Source of the DNA: a virus
Taxonomy: Duplodnaviria > Heunggongvirae > Uroviricota > Caudoviricetes
DNA: 37,712 bases
Virus record (IMG/VR): IMGVR_UViG_2700989168_000004
Direction: 5' to 3' (one strand)
Shown: piece after piece, positions 1 through 7,383 of the stretch
Layout: each line of letters begins with the position of its first letter
Numbering within the stretch: position 1 is the stretch's first letter
The notes under the pieces: model-generated
Databases searched by the model: none
What the model was told of the DNA's origin: nothing
The model's input: only the letters and a program-made list of their open reading frames with translations
Program-made: the position numbers and the translations under genes

Positions 1-164
1 GGCAGTTCAGTTGACACTGGTATTACTTTGTTTTCCTGTGCTGCACATTTAGCTTCAAGCGCATCGAATTTACGCACTACGTATTCAGCATCTGTTTCAT
101 TTACTTTCAGATCTCGCGGTACACATCTCCCACGAAGAAACCCTTCCATTTCGAAAACATTCAT
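1..164 (-). CDS. hypothetical prophage early-left protein, partial (3' end beyond window edge); YfdS-position gene
   Basis: Open frame on minus strand running off the left edge (MNVFEMEGFLRGRCVPRDLKVNETDAEYVVRKFDALEAKCAAQ...); its ATG at 162-164 overlaps the TGA stop of the upstream gene (ATGA coupling). Not in the ORF track because it is truncated. Confidence 0.4.
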   Translation of the reverse strand, partial: MNVFEMEGFLRGRCVPRDLKVNETDAEYVVRKFDALEAKCAAQENKVIPVSTEL

Positions 165-697
165 GCGCATTTGCGTAACTCCGATAACTCGTTAAAGCGT
201 TCCATAAACATCCCGTAGGCATGGCCCGGAGCCAGTGGAATCACGTTGAACATCTCTGTTGCCGGGATACCTTCCAGTACAGGCCAGAAAGAGCCATCAT
301 CAAGCCCGAGATCGCGGCGTTCGGTTGCCAGCATGATGAGATCGGCATATTTCACGGGCGTACTCATAACTGGGGGTAACCCGTATTTCTCACGGATTAC
401 GGCGTCTATTTTTTCTTCCATTTGTTTATAGTCAGGAAGAAGGCGTTTCAGTGGTGCGGGAATGTCCTGGCAATACGCTTCTGTTGCATCATGCATTAAC
501 GCTTCAAAAGCAAATTCCTGCGGCACCAGCTGGCTGCAAAGAACCGCATGTTGGGCGACGCTGTAGAAGTGCGAAAGATGGCCGGCAAAGCGACAGATAT
601 TTGAAAGGGAAACCGCGATATCGTTAATATCGATGTCGTCTTTATTTATCCTGTCATAATAAAAATGCTTCCCGGAAAAAGTTTTAATAAATGACAT
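161..697 (-). CDS. yfdR: HD-domain phosphohydrolase (YfdR-like, 178 aa)
   Basis: Translation contains H...HD...D metal-binding pattern (HAVLCSQ...LMHDATEAY) typical of HD hydrolases; length and context match the CPS-53 yfdR gene. ATG at 697 is preceded by GGAG; the track start at 724 is a GTG. Confidence 0.6.
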   Translation of the reverse strand: MSFIKTFSGKHFYYDRINKDDIDINDIAVSLSNICRFAGHLSHFYSVAQHAVLCSQLVPQEFAFEALMHDATEAYCQDIPAPLKRLLPDYKQMEEKIDAVIREKYGLPPVMSTPVKYADLIMLATERRDLGLDDGSFWPVLEGIPATEMFNVIPLAPGHAYGMFMERFNELSELRKCA

Positions 698-824
698 TTT
701 GTTCTCCACGTATATGCGCTGCACCGCGCTGAATTCTGGTAAAAAGAATCCCTCACCATCCGGCGATTATTGAGTAAATTACGTTTCCATAAATGCCCCC
801 GCAGGGGCATTTGCAGTAATGAAA

Positions 825-1649
825 TCAGGCGGTGAAAGTACCAATAAAGGTTTCTACTTTGCTGTCCTTGAATTTCTCAACAAGCAGATCACGAAATTCG
901 TTAGCCATTTCTTCCTGCACCGCCTCCAGCTGAATAATGCGCAGAACCAGTACAGGACGATCGCCAGTGATAATACTGAGGCGTAATTTAAACGGACGTT
1001 CTTTCAGACCTTCAAACGGAACGCATTTAAATTCAAATGCCACTGGCATAATGTCTTTGGTCTTCGCTTCGACAGACTCCATCAGGGAGCGTTTGCCGCT
1101 GAAGTCATTATCTTCAAAATCAGCGGTCTGGTTTGCTTCAATCGTGATTTTACGGACAGCCGCAGCCGCTTTTGTTGCCTGAATAGCGTCACCATTAGCA
1201 TCAAAGCCCACAAGATAGTCGGCCCAGTCTTCAATCCATTCTGCCAGTGACTTCTGGGAGTTACGCTCGCCGTTAACAGACAACAGAGCAGAGAACGGTG
1301 CTGTCTTTTTCAGTTTGAGTGTGGCGGTGTTATCTGCGTGACCTGGTTCATCAATAGTACCCAGGTTAAGCACACTGACGGCACGCATATTATCAGCATC
1401 GATAAAGCAGCGGGTGCCTTCATCTGCAAGATCTTTAGAATAACGGGTAAAGTCATCGATGCTGGCAGTGGAAAACGCACCACGGAAACGGAAGCGATTT
1501 AAATTAAATTTTTCCAGATCATGAATGCGGAAATTCTCAGGCAATGCCACAGCATCGGCACCAATCTTACTGATAATTTCATTAACACCCTGAGCAGAAA
1601 TAAGGGCATGGATTTGATTAATTGCGGTTGCGTCTAAGTTCTGAGACAT
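825..1649 (-). CDS. yfdQ: DUF2303-family prophage protein (YfdQ-like, 274 aa)
   Basis: 274-aa ORF with GAGGA RBS upstream of ATG; size and position between yfdP-like and yfdR-like genes match CPS-53 yfdQ. Family assignment from memory, not searched. Confidence 0.55.
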   Translation of the reverse strand: MSQNLDATAINQIHALISAQGVNEIISKIGADAVALPENFRIHDLEKFNLNRFRFRGAFSTASIDDFTRYSKDLADEGTRCFIDADNMRAVSVLNLGTIDEPGHADNTATLKLKKTAPFSALLSVNGERNSQKSLAEWIEDWADYLVGFDANGDAIQATKAAAAVRKITIEANQTADFEDNDFSGKRSLMESVEAKTKDIMPVAFEFKCVPFEGLKERPFKLRLSIITGDRPVLVLRIIQLEAVQEEMANEFRDLLVEKFKDSKVETFIGTFTA

Positions 1650-1714
1650 AATAAGTCCTCACTATATAAAGATATTCAGTGATGAGATAAATAATCAGTT
1701 AATTAAAAACGATA

Positions 1715-2077
1715 TTAACGACCTGCTGCGCGGAGTTTTCCGTCAGGTTCACCGGCAAGAGTCAGTAACTGTCCCTGGTCTTCCTGCAGAATAGTCAGGC
1801 GACCACCGCGATTGACATACATCGGCGTTTCGGTGGTGTCTTCTTCGGAAATTTTCCCGCGGTTAGTCGGGCGAACATATGAGAGTTTGTGTTTGATTTT
1901 CACTCGGTTCTCATCAAACGGTTCGATTTCCAGGTTGAGCGAGACCTTACCTTTGGTTTTCGTGTTCATCACACCGGAAGCGACTTCACTGAGAACTGCG
2001 CCGATTTTGGTTTCAAATACGCCGCCGTCCAGCTCCCCGATAAATGCCTGCACATCAGTACTGCGTTCGCTAGCCAT
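1715..2077 (-). CDS. yfdP: hypothetical early protein (YfdP-like, 120 aa)
   Basis: ATG at 2075-2077 preceded by GAGGAG RBS; the longer track ORF (to 2395) extends into a GC-rich stop-poor region and is rejected. The 120-aa product MASERSTDVQAFIGELDGG... matches the size expected for yfdP. Confidence 0.5.
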   Translation of the reverse strand: MASERSTDVQAFIGELDGGVFETKIGAVLSEVASGVMNTKTKGKVSLNLEIEPFDENRVKIKHKLSYVRPTNRGKISEEDTTETPMYVNRGGRLTILQEDQGQLLTLAGEPDGKLRAAGR

Positions 2078-2125
2078 TTTGCTGCTCCTCATCATATCGA
2101 CCCTGCAAGGTCGGTTAGTTTCTCC

Positions 2126-2214
2126 ACAAAACAGAGAAGAACACCTGCGGTGACTGCCGCCCGGATGGATTGGGTTATGAGCCCGTCGTCCGGTGATGCT
2201 CTTCTCTGTTTTGT
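2126..2214 (-). terminator. long stem-loop (perfect 15-bp inverted repeat ACAAAACAGAGAAGA / TCTTCTCTGTTTTGT around a 59-nt GC-rich loop); candidate tL-type terminator or processing site upstream of yfdP-like gene
   Basis: Arms at 2126-2140 and 2200-2214 are exact reverse complements; the 3' arm ends in UUUUGU on either strand. Sits between the upstream cargo and the yfdP RBS. Confidence 0.3.
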
Positions 2215-2481
2215 AAAAAGGACGGTACCAGCCGGAAGCAAGGGTACAAGCTGGTACCGCCAAGACTACACACAGCATAAAGTTGTGGTGCCGGGTGCCT
2301 CCCGGTGCCTGGCGAAGGTTGCACACCAGGCGGGTGGGTATCCACAGAAGGTCGACTGTCAGCCTCAACCTTAACCCGCGTGCGCTGAGCCGCATTCACC
2401 ACAACGCTAAGGATTCTCTCTGGTTGAAAATACTTAGCTGTTATGTGCCTGCTTTTAGCCACATCAGGCGAGGTGGACCTA

Positions 2482-2530
2482 GTTATTCCCCAACAACAAG
2501 GATTCGGTTAATCTGGTTATCCCCAACAAC
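2482..2530 (+). promoter_or_regulatory. pair of direct repeats GTTAT(T)CCCCAACAAC upstream of the 144-aa cargo gene; candidate regulator binding sites
   Basis: Repeat copies at 2482-2497 and 2516-2530, the second ending 15 bp before the ATG at 2546; no convincing sigma70 -35/-10 hexamers found nearby. Confidence 0.3.
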
Positions 2531-2545
2531 GCAAAAGGAAAAGAA

Positions 2546-2980
2546 ATGTCCGGTAATATCTATACGCTGTACAAATCCCACTGTGAAAATGTTGGAAAGT
2601 ATCGGGGCATTGAAATCAGTGGGGTAGTGTCATCAGTCGAAATAAGCAAAGTTGAATCAAGGGCAACATTACTTACTCTTTTGGACCTTGTCTTACATGA
2701 GCACCGGAAGAAATTCGGCACTCCCTATAATCAGTTGAATGGGAAAAAGGCTCTGGTTCACCTTATTCTGATGAAGCATCACTGGATGCCAAAACAGATT
2801 AATGAGATGAAATTTGATGAACTTCTTCTTTCAATTCAGGATGAACTCACACTTGATAAAATAAGCGTAACCGCCCAGAAATTTTTAGATTATCGAGACT
2901 GGAGATCACAAATTCATCACTTTGATGATTTTGACGAAAATGAATGGGATCCTAATTTGTCTGCACAATATCTAAAGTAA
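2546..2980 (+). CDS. hypothetical 144-aa protein, AT-rich cargo gene (function unknown)
   Basis: ATG with AAGGA RBS; coding region visibly AT-richer than flanking phage backbone; followed by a plus-strand intrinsic terminator; no recognisable motif or TM segment. Confidence 0.6.
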   Translation: MSGNIYTLYKSHCENVGKYRGIEISGVVSSVEISKVESRATLLTLLDLVLHEHRKKFGTPYNQLNGKKALVHLILMKHHWMPKQINEMKFDELLLSIQDELTLDKISVTAQKFLDYRDWRSQIHHFDDFDENEWDPNLSAQYLK

Positions 2981-3158
2981 CATCCTGTGATAAAACCGTG
3001 ATTTCCTGATCCAGTTTTTTTAAGGAGTCTATTGTTTCCTGTCGATAAGACAGCACTTCACGAAGCTGGTTTATAGCTGCCAGCTTCTTTGTCATCCACT
3101 CATAAATTTCCTCATCTGTGTAGCCAGGCGCGACGATTTTGGGTTCTGTTTTGTGCAT
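2952..3158 (-). CDS. hypothetical 68-aa protein, first ORF of the leftward PL transcript; convergent with and overlapping the 3' end of the 144-aa gene
   Basis: Strong RBS (GAGGAG, 7-nt spacer) before ATG at 3156-3158; the track start at 3173 is less likely. No arginine-rich motif, so not an obvious N homolog. Confidence 0.5.
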   Translation of the reverse strand: MHKTEPKIVAPGYTDEEIYEWMTKKLAAINQLREVLSYRQETIDSLKKLDQEITVLSQDVTLDIVQTN

Positions 3159-3202
3159 TTCACATCTCCTCAAGTTATCAGTTACTTGTTGATGGGGACC
3201 AG

Positions 3203-3215
3203 ATTGTTAAAGAGC
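3203..3215 (-). promoter_or_regulatory. boxA-like element (GCTCTTTAACAAT) in the PL leader RNA
   Basis: Minus-strand sequence GCUCUUUAACAAU matches the rrn/lambdoid boxA core (Nus factor binding) and lies just 3' of a hairpin in the leader. Confidence 0.45.
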
Positions 3216-3217
3216 TA

Positions 3218-3243
3218 AGCGTCCTGTAGGGCGCTTTTTTGTT
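3218..3243 (+). terminator. rho-independent terminator after the 144-aa cargo gene
   Basis: Stem AGCGTCC / GGGCGCT (one G-U wobble) with 4-nt loop, followed by TTTTTTGTT on the plus strand; on the minus strand the same hairpin has a C-A mismatch and no U tract. Confidence 0.55.
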
Positions 3244-3320
3244 GCTAACGAATCATCCTGGACTTCATATGCCCCAGGCGGCTACTTCGTGGGCGTCCTG
3301 CCTGTTCGTTGTTTCGCTTG

Positions 3321-3353
3321 GGTACATTATGTATCTCAAAGGTACATTGTCAA
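3321..3353 (-). promoter_or_regulatory. PL-type early-left promoter with embedded operator (OL)
   Basis: Minus strand reads TTGACA - 16 nt - CATAAT; the spacer contains a near-palindrome ATGTACC-5nt-GATACAT sharing the GTAC half-site with the OR palindromes. Confidence 0.55.
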
Positions 3354-3355
3354 GT

Positions 3356-3380
3356 ATAAAAAAACCTGCCGAAGCAGGTT
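3356..3380 (-). terminator. rho-independent terminator downstream of the repressor gene
   Basis: Minus strand: AACCTGC-UUCG-GCAGGUU followed by UUUUUUAU, directly after the cI stop. Confidence 0.6.
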
Positions 3381-3392
3381 CATAAACATTGA

Positions 3393-4067
3393 TTAGGCTT
3401 TGATTTTGTATCTTCTTGGTTTTCCTGAGAAAATCACTGTACCAATTATAGAGCAATTACCGTTGATCTTAATGTAAGGCTCAGGCCAGTTTGGGTTTAA
3501 CGCTTTGAGATAACGCTGTGTCCCATCTTCTATCAACCTTTTGAAGGTGGTTTCGCCTGTATCGTGCATCAATGCAATAACGTCGTCACCGTGGCAGGCA
3601 GGTACTTCAGGATCGACAAAAATCATGTCTCCCGGGCGGTACTCATCAATCATTGAATCACCTATCACCCGCAAGATATAAGTCATTTCCCCACAGGGTA
3701 CAGGGCAGGGATACGTTTCTGCTGTGCTCAAATCAACCTCAGAATATCCAACTTCTTTCCATGCTCCGGCCTGTACCCATGATATGACAGGGACTAATGT
3801 GATTTGTTTATTAGTGATTGAAACATCAGGTTTTTTTGTGATGTTCGTTGTCTGGTGTTCTTGATCGAGCCATCCGACAGGCAGGTCGAAACATTTTTCG
3901 ATGTGTCGTGCCATGCTGTCACCGATATTTTTAGTAGCACCATCTCCCATAAACCTGCTGGTCTGGGTTGGCTCGCGATCAATCATAGTGGCAAAGGAAG
4001 AATTCCCGCCAACACCATCTCTCAGTTTTCTGGCGTTAGACCGCCGGATGTCATGGATTGTTTTCAT
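3393..4067 (-). CDS. cI: CI-type prophage repressor (N-terminal HTH, C-terminal S24 LexA-like peptidase domain)
   Basis: 224 aa; C-terminal segment with ISWVQAGAW...GDSM-like autocleavage domain pattern; divergent from a Cro-like gene across a region with palindromic operators. Confidence 0.85.
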   Translation of the reverse strand: MKTIHDIRRSNARKLRDGVGGNSSFATMIDREPTQTSRFMGDGATKNIGDSMARHIEKCFDLPVGWLDQEHQTTNITKKPDVSITNKQITLVPVISWVQAGAWKEVGYSEVDLSTAETYPCPVPCGEMTYILRVIGDSMIDEYRPGDMIFVDPEVPACHGDDVIALMHDTGETTFKRLIEDGTQRYLKALNPNWPEPYIKINGNCSIIGTVIFSGKPRRYKIKA

Positions 4068-4082
4068 AACGAAATTAAAACC

Positions 4083-4154
4083 CTTGTACCGTTAAGGTAC
4101 AAGTATCTTGAAGGTTCATTTCAATCATGTAATATGTACACCGGAGGTACATAT
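4083..4154. promoter_or_regulatory. OR-type operator region between cI and cro (two palindromes)
   Basis: Perfect 21-bp palindrome CTTGTACCGTTAAGGTACAAG (4083-4103) and inverted repeat ATATGTAC-7nt-GTACATAT (4132-4154) overlapping the cro RBS. Confidence 0.6.
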
Positions 4155-4157
4155 TGT

Positions 4158-4358
4158 ATGAAAGCGTATTGGGACTCTTTAACCAAAGAACAGCAGGGCG
4201 AGTTGGCCGGAAAAGTTGGCTCAACACCTGGCTACTTACGGCTGGTTTTCAATGGCTATAAAAAAGCCAGTTTTGTGCTGGCTAAAAAACTTGAGCAATG
4301 CACGTCAGGTGCAATTACGAAATCTGACTTAAGACCGGATATCTATCCGAAAGATTAG
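4158..4358 (+). CDS. cro: Cro-like HTH regulator (66 aa)
   Basis: Short ORF starting at ATG 4158 after GGAGG, divergent from cI; the longer track ORF from 3855 is antisense to cI and rejected. Confidence 0.7.
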   Translation: MKAYWDSLTKEQQGELAGKVGSTPGYLRLVFNGYKKASFVLAKKLEQCTSGAITKSDLRPDIYPKD

Positions 4359-4389
4359 CAGAACACTTTCAATTTTTAACCACAGAACG

Positions 4390-4953
4390 ATGAGGCTAAC
4401 CGTGGGTAAGCATCACTGGAAAATAGAAAAACAGCCTGAGTGGTACGTGAAAGCTGTCAGAAAAACTATCGCGGCGTTGCCGGGTGGTTACGCTGAAGCG
4501 GCTGACTGGCTCGATGTAACAGAAAACGCTTTATTCAACCGCCTTCGTGCAGATGGCGATCAGATTTTCCCGCTGGGATGGGCAATGGTTTTACAGCGTG
4601 CTGGTGGCACTCACTTCATTGCTGATGCTGTGGCGCAGTCTGCAAATGGCGTCTTTGTGTCTCTTCCTGACGTCGAGGATGTGGACAACGCCGATATCAA
4701 CCAACGCCTGCTGGAAGTCATTGAACAGATCGGCAGTTATTCAAAACAGATTCGTTCAGCAATTGAAGACGGTGTAGTGGAACCGCATGAGAAGACAGCA
4801 ATTAACGATGAGCTGTACCTCTCAATTTCGAAGCTGCAGGAGCATGCAGCACTGGTCTACAAAATCTTTTGCGTTTCAGAAAGTAGTGACGCCCGCGAGT
4901 GTGCAGCTCCGGGCGCCGTGGCGTGTCGTGACTGTGGAGAAACTAACGCATGA
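4390..4953 (+). CDS. early regulatory protein, possibly CII-like (Phage_CP76 / YdaT-like), tentative
   Basis: 187-aa ORF immediately after cro, the position occupied by cII-type regulators; family guess from memory only. Confidence 0.4.
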   Translation: MRLTVGKHHWKIEKQPEWYVKAVRKTIAALPGGYAEAADWLDVTENALFNRLRADGDQIFPLGWAMVLQRAGGTHFIADAVAQSANGVFVSLPDVEDVDNADINQRLLEVIEQIGSYSKQIRSAIEDGVVEPHEKTAINDELYLSISKLQEHAALVYKIFCVSESSDARECAAPGAVACRDCGETNA

Positions 4954-5288
4954 ACAGTTTAACAACACACTACCGTCGCTCGCAACTGATTGCGCTTCCT
5001 GTACCGGGTGGAAAAGCGAAGGTGGAGTATTGCTATGCAGTAAATGTACTAGGTGACAGGGAAATTGTAACCCACAGCTTTGCAGAGTGGGCTGTGGGTG
5101 ATTTCAACCGGCAGAAGGAGACAGTCCTTTGCGACAAGTTAACCGCTGGTTCAAAGATCACTACGGAGTGCCCGTCAGAGTCATTCGTTGGGAGCCGGAA
5201 ACACAACGGGTTATCTACCTCCGTGAAGGCTATGAGCATGAGTGCTTCAGCCCGCTCGAACAGTTTCGTTGTAAATTCAGGGAAATAG
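4950..5288 (+). CDS. hypothetical protein; frame uncertain (possible frameshift into an overlapping frame ending at 5308)
   Basis: ATG at 4952 overlaps previous stop; the C-terminal half is Ser-rich and low-complexity, whereas the alternative frame (AAGGAG RBS, TTG at 5129) gives a more protein-like sequence. Confidence 0.3.
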   Translation: MNSLTTHYRRSQLIALPVPGGKAKVEYCYAVNVLGDREIVTHSFAEWAVGDFNRQKETVLCDKLTAGSKITTECPSESFVGSRKHNGLSTSVKAMSMSASARSNSFVVNSGK

Positions 5289-5297
5289 AGGTCGGTC

Positions 5298-6239
5298 ATG
5301 AGCACTAAATTAACCGGCTATGTATGGGATGGTTGCGCTGCGTCAGGCATGAAATTATCCAGCGTGGCAATTATGGCCCGCCTGGCTGATTTCAGTAATG
5401 ACGAAGGTGTGTGCTGGCCATCAATTGAAACCATTGCCCGTCAGATTGGCGCGGGGATGAGTACCGTCAGAACGGCTATCGCACGGCTGGAAGCAGAAGG
5501 CTGGTTAACGCGTAAGGCGCGTCGCCAGGGTAACCGCAATGCGTCGAATGTTTATCAGCTTAACGTTGCGAAGCTTCAGGCAGCGGCATTTTCTCAACTG
5601 TCAGATTCTGACCCGTCAAAATCTGACGCATCAAAATCTGACCCGTCAAAATTTGATGCGTCGAAATCTGGCAAAAAAGCGGGTTTTCACCCGTCAGAAT
5701 CTGGCGGGGATCCGTCAGTAAAATCAAAACATGATCCGTCAGATAAAAAAACTTCTCGTCCGGACGCTTCGCAACCGGACACGCAGACGGCTGAACAGGA
5801 GTTTTTAACTCGCCATCCTGATGCGGTTGTATTCAGCCCTAAAAAGCGCCAGTGGGGAACGCAGGATGATTTGACCTGCGCACAGTGGCTCTGGAAAAAA
5901 ATCATCGCCCTGTACGAGCAGGCCGCCGAATGTGACGGCGAGGTGGTTCGTCCCAAAGAACCGAACTGGACAGCCTGGGCAAACGAAATTCGCCTGATGT
6001 GTGTGCAGGATGGTCGTACTCACAAACAAATCTGCGAGATGTACAGCCGCGTCAGCCGCGATCCGTTCTGGTGCCGTAACGTGCTCAGCCCGTCGAAGCT
6101 GCGGGAAAAATGGGATGAGCTTTCCCTGCGCTTATCGCCGTCCGTCAGCACGTACACAGAAAAACGCGAAGACCCGTACTTCAAAGCCAGTTACGACAAC
6201 GTGGACTACAGCCAGATCCCGGCAGGATTCAGGGGGTGA
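5298..6239 (+). CDS. replication initiation protein (lambda O-like, N-terminal HTH) with internal origin iterons
   Basis: 313 aa; N-terminal HTH-like segment; central repetitive linker (SDPSKSDASKSDPSKFDASKS) encoded by tandem DNA iterons, as for lambda ori within O. Confidence 0.7.
   Translation: MSTKLTGYVWDGCAASGMKLSSVAIMARLADFSNDEGVCWPSIETIARQIGAGMSTVRTAIARLEAEGWLTRKARRQGNRNASNVYQLNVAKLQAAAFSQLSDSDPSKSDASKSDPSKFDASKSGKKAGFHPSESGGDPSVKSKHDPSDKKTSRPDASQPDTQTAEQEFLTRHPDAVVFSPKKRQWGTQDDLTCAQWLWKKIIALYEQAAECDGEVVRPKEPNWTAWANEIRLMCVQDGRTHKQICEMYSRVSRDPFWCRNVLSPSKLREKWDELSLRLSPSVSTYTEKREDPYFKASYDNVDYSQIPAGFRG
5601..5750. repeat. replication-origin-like iterons (about 13-bp units, GTCA(A/G)AAT(C/T)TGAC, 14-15 bp periodicity) followed by an A-rich tract
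   Basis: At least five tandem copies plus degenerate copies (CCGTCAGAATCTGG, CCGTCAGTAAAATC, CCGTCAGATAAAAAAAC) inside the O-like gene. Confidence 0.6.
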
Positions 6240-6241
6240 TC

Positions 6242-6730
6242 ATGAGTCTTTTGAATGAAGTTCAGAAATACATTGAAGCCCATCCGGGCTGTACTTCCGG
6301 AGATATTGCGGATGCTTTTGCCGGTTACTCACGGCAGCGCGTTCTGCAGTCAGCAAGCAAGTTACGTCAGAGTGGGCGTGTGGCTCACCGTTGTGAAGGA
6401 GATACACGCAGACATTTCCCGCGCCTGACTGAGAGAGCGCAGGAACCGGAACCACAACCAGTTCGTGAAACCAGACCTGTGCGCAATTTCTATGTCGGCA
6501 CTAACGATCCCCGTGTGATTTTGTGCCTGACCCGCCAGGCGGAAGAACTGGAGTCCAGGGGCTTATACCGTCGTGCTGCAACGGTGTGGATGGCGGCATT
6601 CCGTGAAAGCCACTCCCAGCCAGAACGAAACAATTTTCTGGCGCGTCGTGAGCGGTGCTTACGGAAAAGCAGCAAGCGCGCTGCATCGGGTGAAGAGTGG
6701 TATCTGTCAGGGAATTACGTGGGGGCTTAA
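6242..6730 (+). CDS. PerC-like transcriptional regulator (tentative)
   Basis: C-terminal region LESRGLYRRAATVWMAAF resembles the PerC/Pch family motif as I recall it; ATG at 6242 follows AGGGGG RBS and overlaps the O stop. Confidence 0.4.
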   Translation: MSLLNEVQKYIEAHPGCTSGDIADAFAGYSRQRVLQSASKLRQSGRVAHRCEGDTRRHFPRLTERAQEPEPQPVRETRPVRNFYVGTNDPRVILCLTRQAEELESRGLYRRAATVWMAAFRESHSQPERNNFLARRERCLRKSSKRAASGEEWYLSGNYVGA

Positions 6731-7383
6731 TGAGTAATAAATATTGCCAGGCGCTGGTGGAACTGCGGAACAAACCAGCCCATGAACTGAAGGAAGTGGG
6801 CGATCAGTGGCGCACGCCGGACAACATTTTCTGGGGAATTAACACCCTGTTTGGCCCGTTTGTTCTGGATCTGTTCACTGACGGTGATAACGCCAAATGT
6901 GCCGCGTATTACACGGCGGAAGACAACGCGCTGGCGCATGACTGGTCAGAACGTCTTGCGGAGCTTAAAGGTGCTGCCTTTGGTAATCCCCCATACAGCC
7001 GCGCCAGTCAGCATGAGGGGCAATACATCACCGGCATGCGTTACATCATGAAACATGCCAGTGCCATGCGTGATAAGGGCGGGCGCTATGTTTTCCTGAT
7101 CAAAGCTGCCACCAGCGAAGTGTGGTGGCCGGAAGATGCAGATCATATTGCTTTTATTCGCGGGCGTATTGGTTTTGAACTGCCTGTCTGGTTTATCCCG
7201 AAAGACGAGAAGCAGGTACCGACAGGAGCTTTTTTCGCTGGTGCTATTGCTGTTTTTGACAAGACCTGGAAGGGACCGGCAATCAGCTACATCGGGCGCG
7301 ATGAACTTGAGGCATGTGGTGAGGCGTTTCTGGCGCAGGTTCGCCAGCAGGCGGAAAAACTGGTCAGGGAGATGGCGGCATGA
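6730..7383 (+). CDS. phage N6-adenine DNA methyltransferase (Dam-type)
   Basis: Contains the catalytic NPPY motif (FGNPPYS) and phage Dam-family layout; start ATG overlaps previous stop (TAATG). Confidence 0.85.
   Translation: MSNKYCQALVELRNKPAHELKEVGDQWRTPDNIFWGINTLFGPFVLDLFTDGDNAKCAAYYTAEDNALAHDWSERLAELKGAAFGNPPYSRASQHEGQYITGMRYIMKHASAMRDKGGRYVFLIKAATSEVWWPEDADHIAFIRGRIGFELPVWFIPKDEKQVPTGAFFAGAIAVFDKTWKGPAISYIGRDELEACGEAFLAQVRQQAEKLVREMAA

Noticed and set aside
2100-2460. Retron-type msr/msd non-coding RNA suggested by the long inverted repeat
   Set aside because: No reverse transcriptase ORF nearby; the nearest ORFs are small and lack RT motifs.
1715-2627. Long overlapping ORFs on both strands across the GC-rich spacer (1715..2395 minus, 1889..2374 plus, 2175..2462 minus, 2283..2627 plus)
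   Set aside because: Mutually overlapping, low-complexity Arg/Pro/Gly-rich translations, mostly non-ATG starts; the yfdP-like gene has a clear RBS and ATG at 2077. Openness is attributed to GC-rich structured non-coding sequence.
3794-4095. ORFs 3794..3982 (minus), 3855..4358 N-terminal part and 3901..4095 (plus) overlapping the repressor gene
   Set aside because: Antisense or out-of-frame to the well-supported cI gene; Cro begins at ATG 4158.
4547-5056. Nested ORFs 4547..4777 and 4787..5056 inside the cII-like gene, the latter with CxxC-like cysteines
   Set aside because: Fully nested in another frame without RBS support; kept only as a possibility if the frame issue at 4950-5310 is real.
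5539-6455. Alternative-frame and antisense ORFs within the O-like and PerC-like genes (5539..5721, 5687..5956, 5805..6029, 6001..6258, 6240..6455)
   Set aside because: Products are repetitive (QNLTRQNLT...) because they read through the iterons, or are antisense to well-supported genes.
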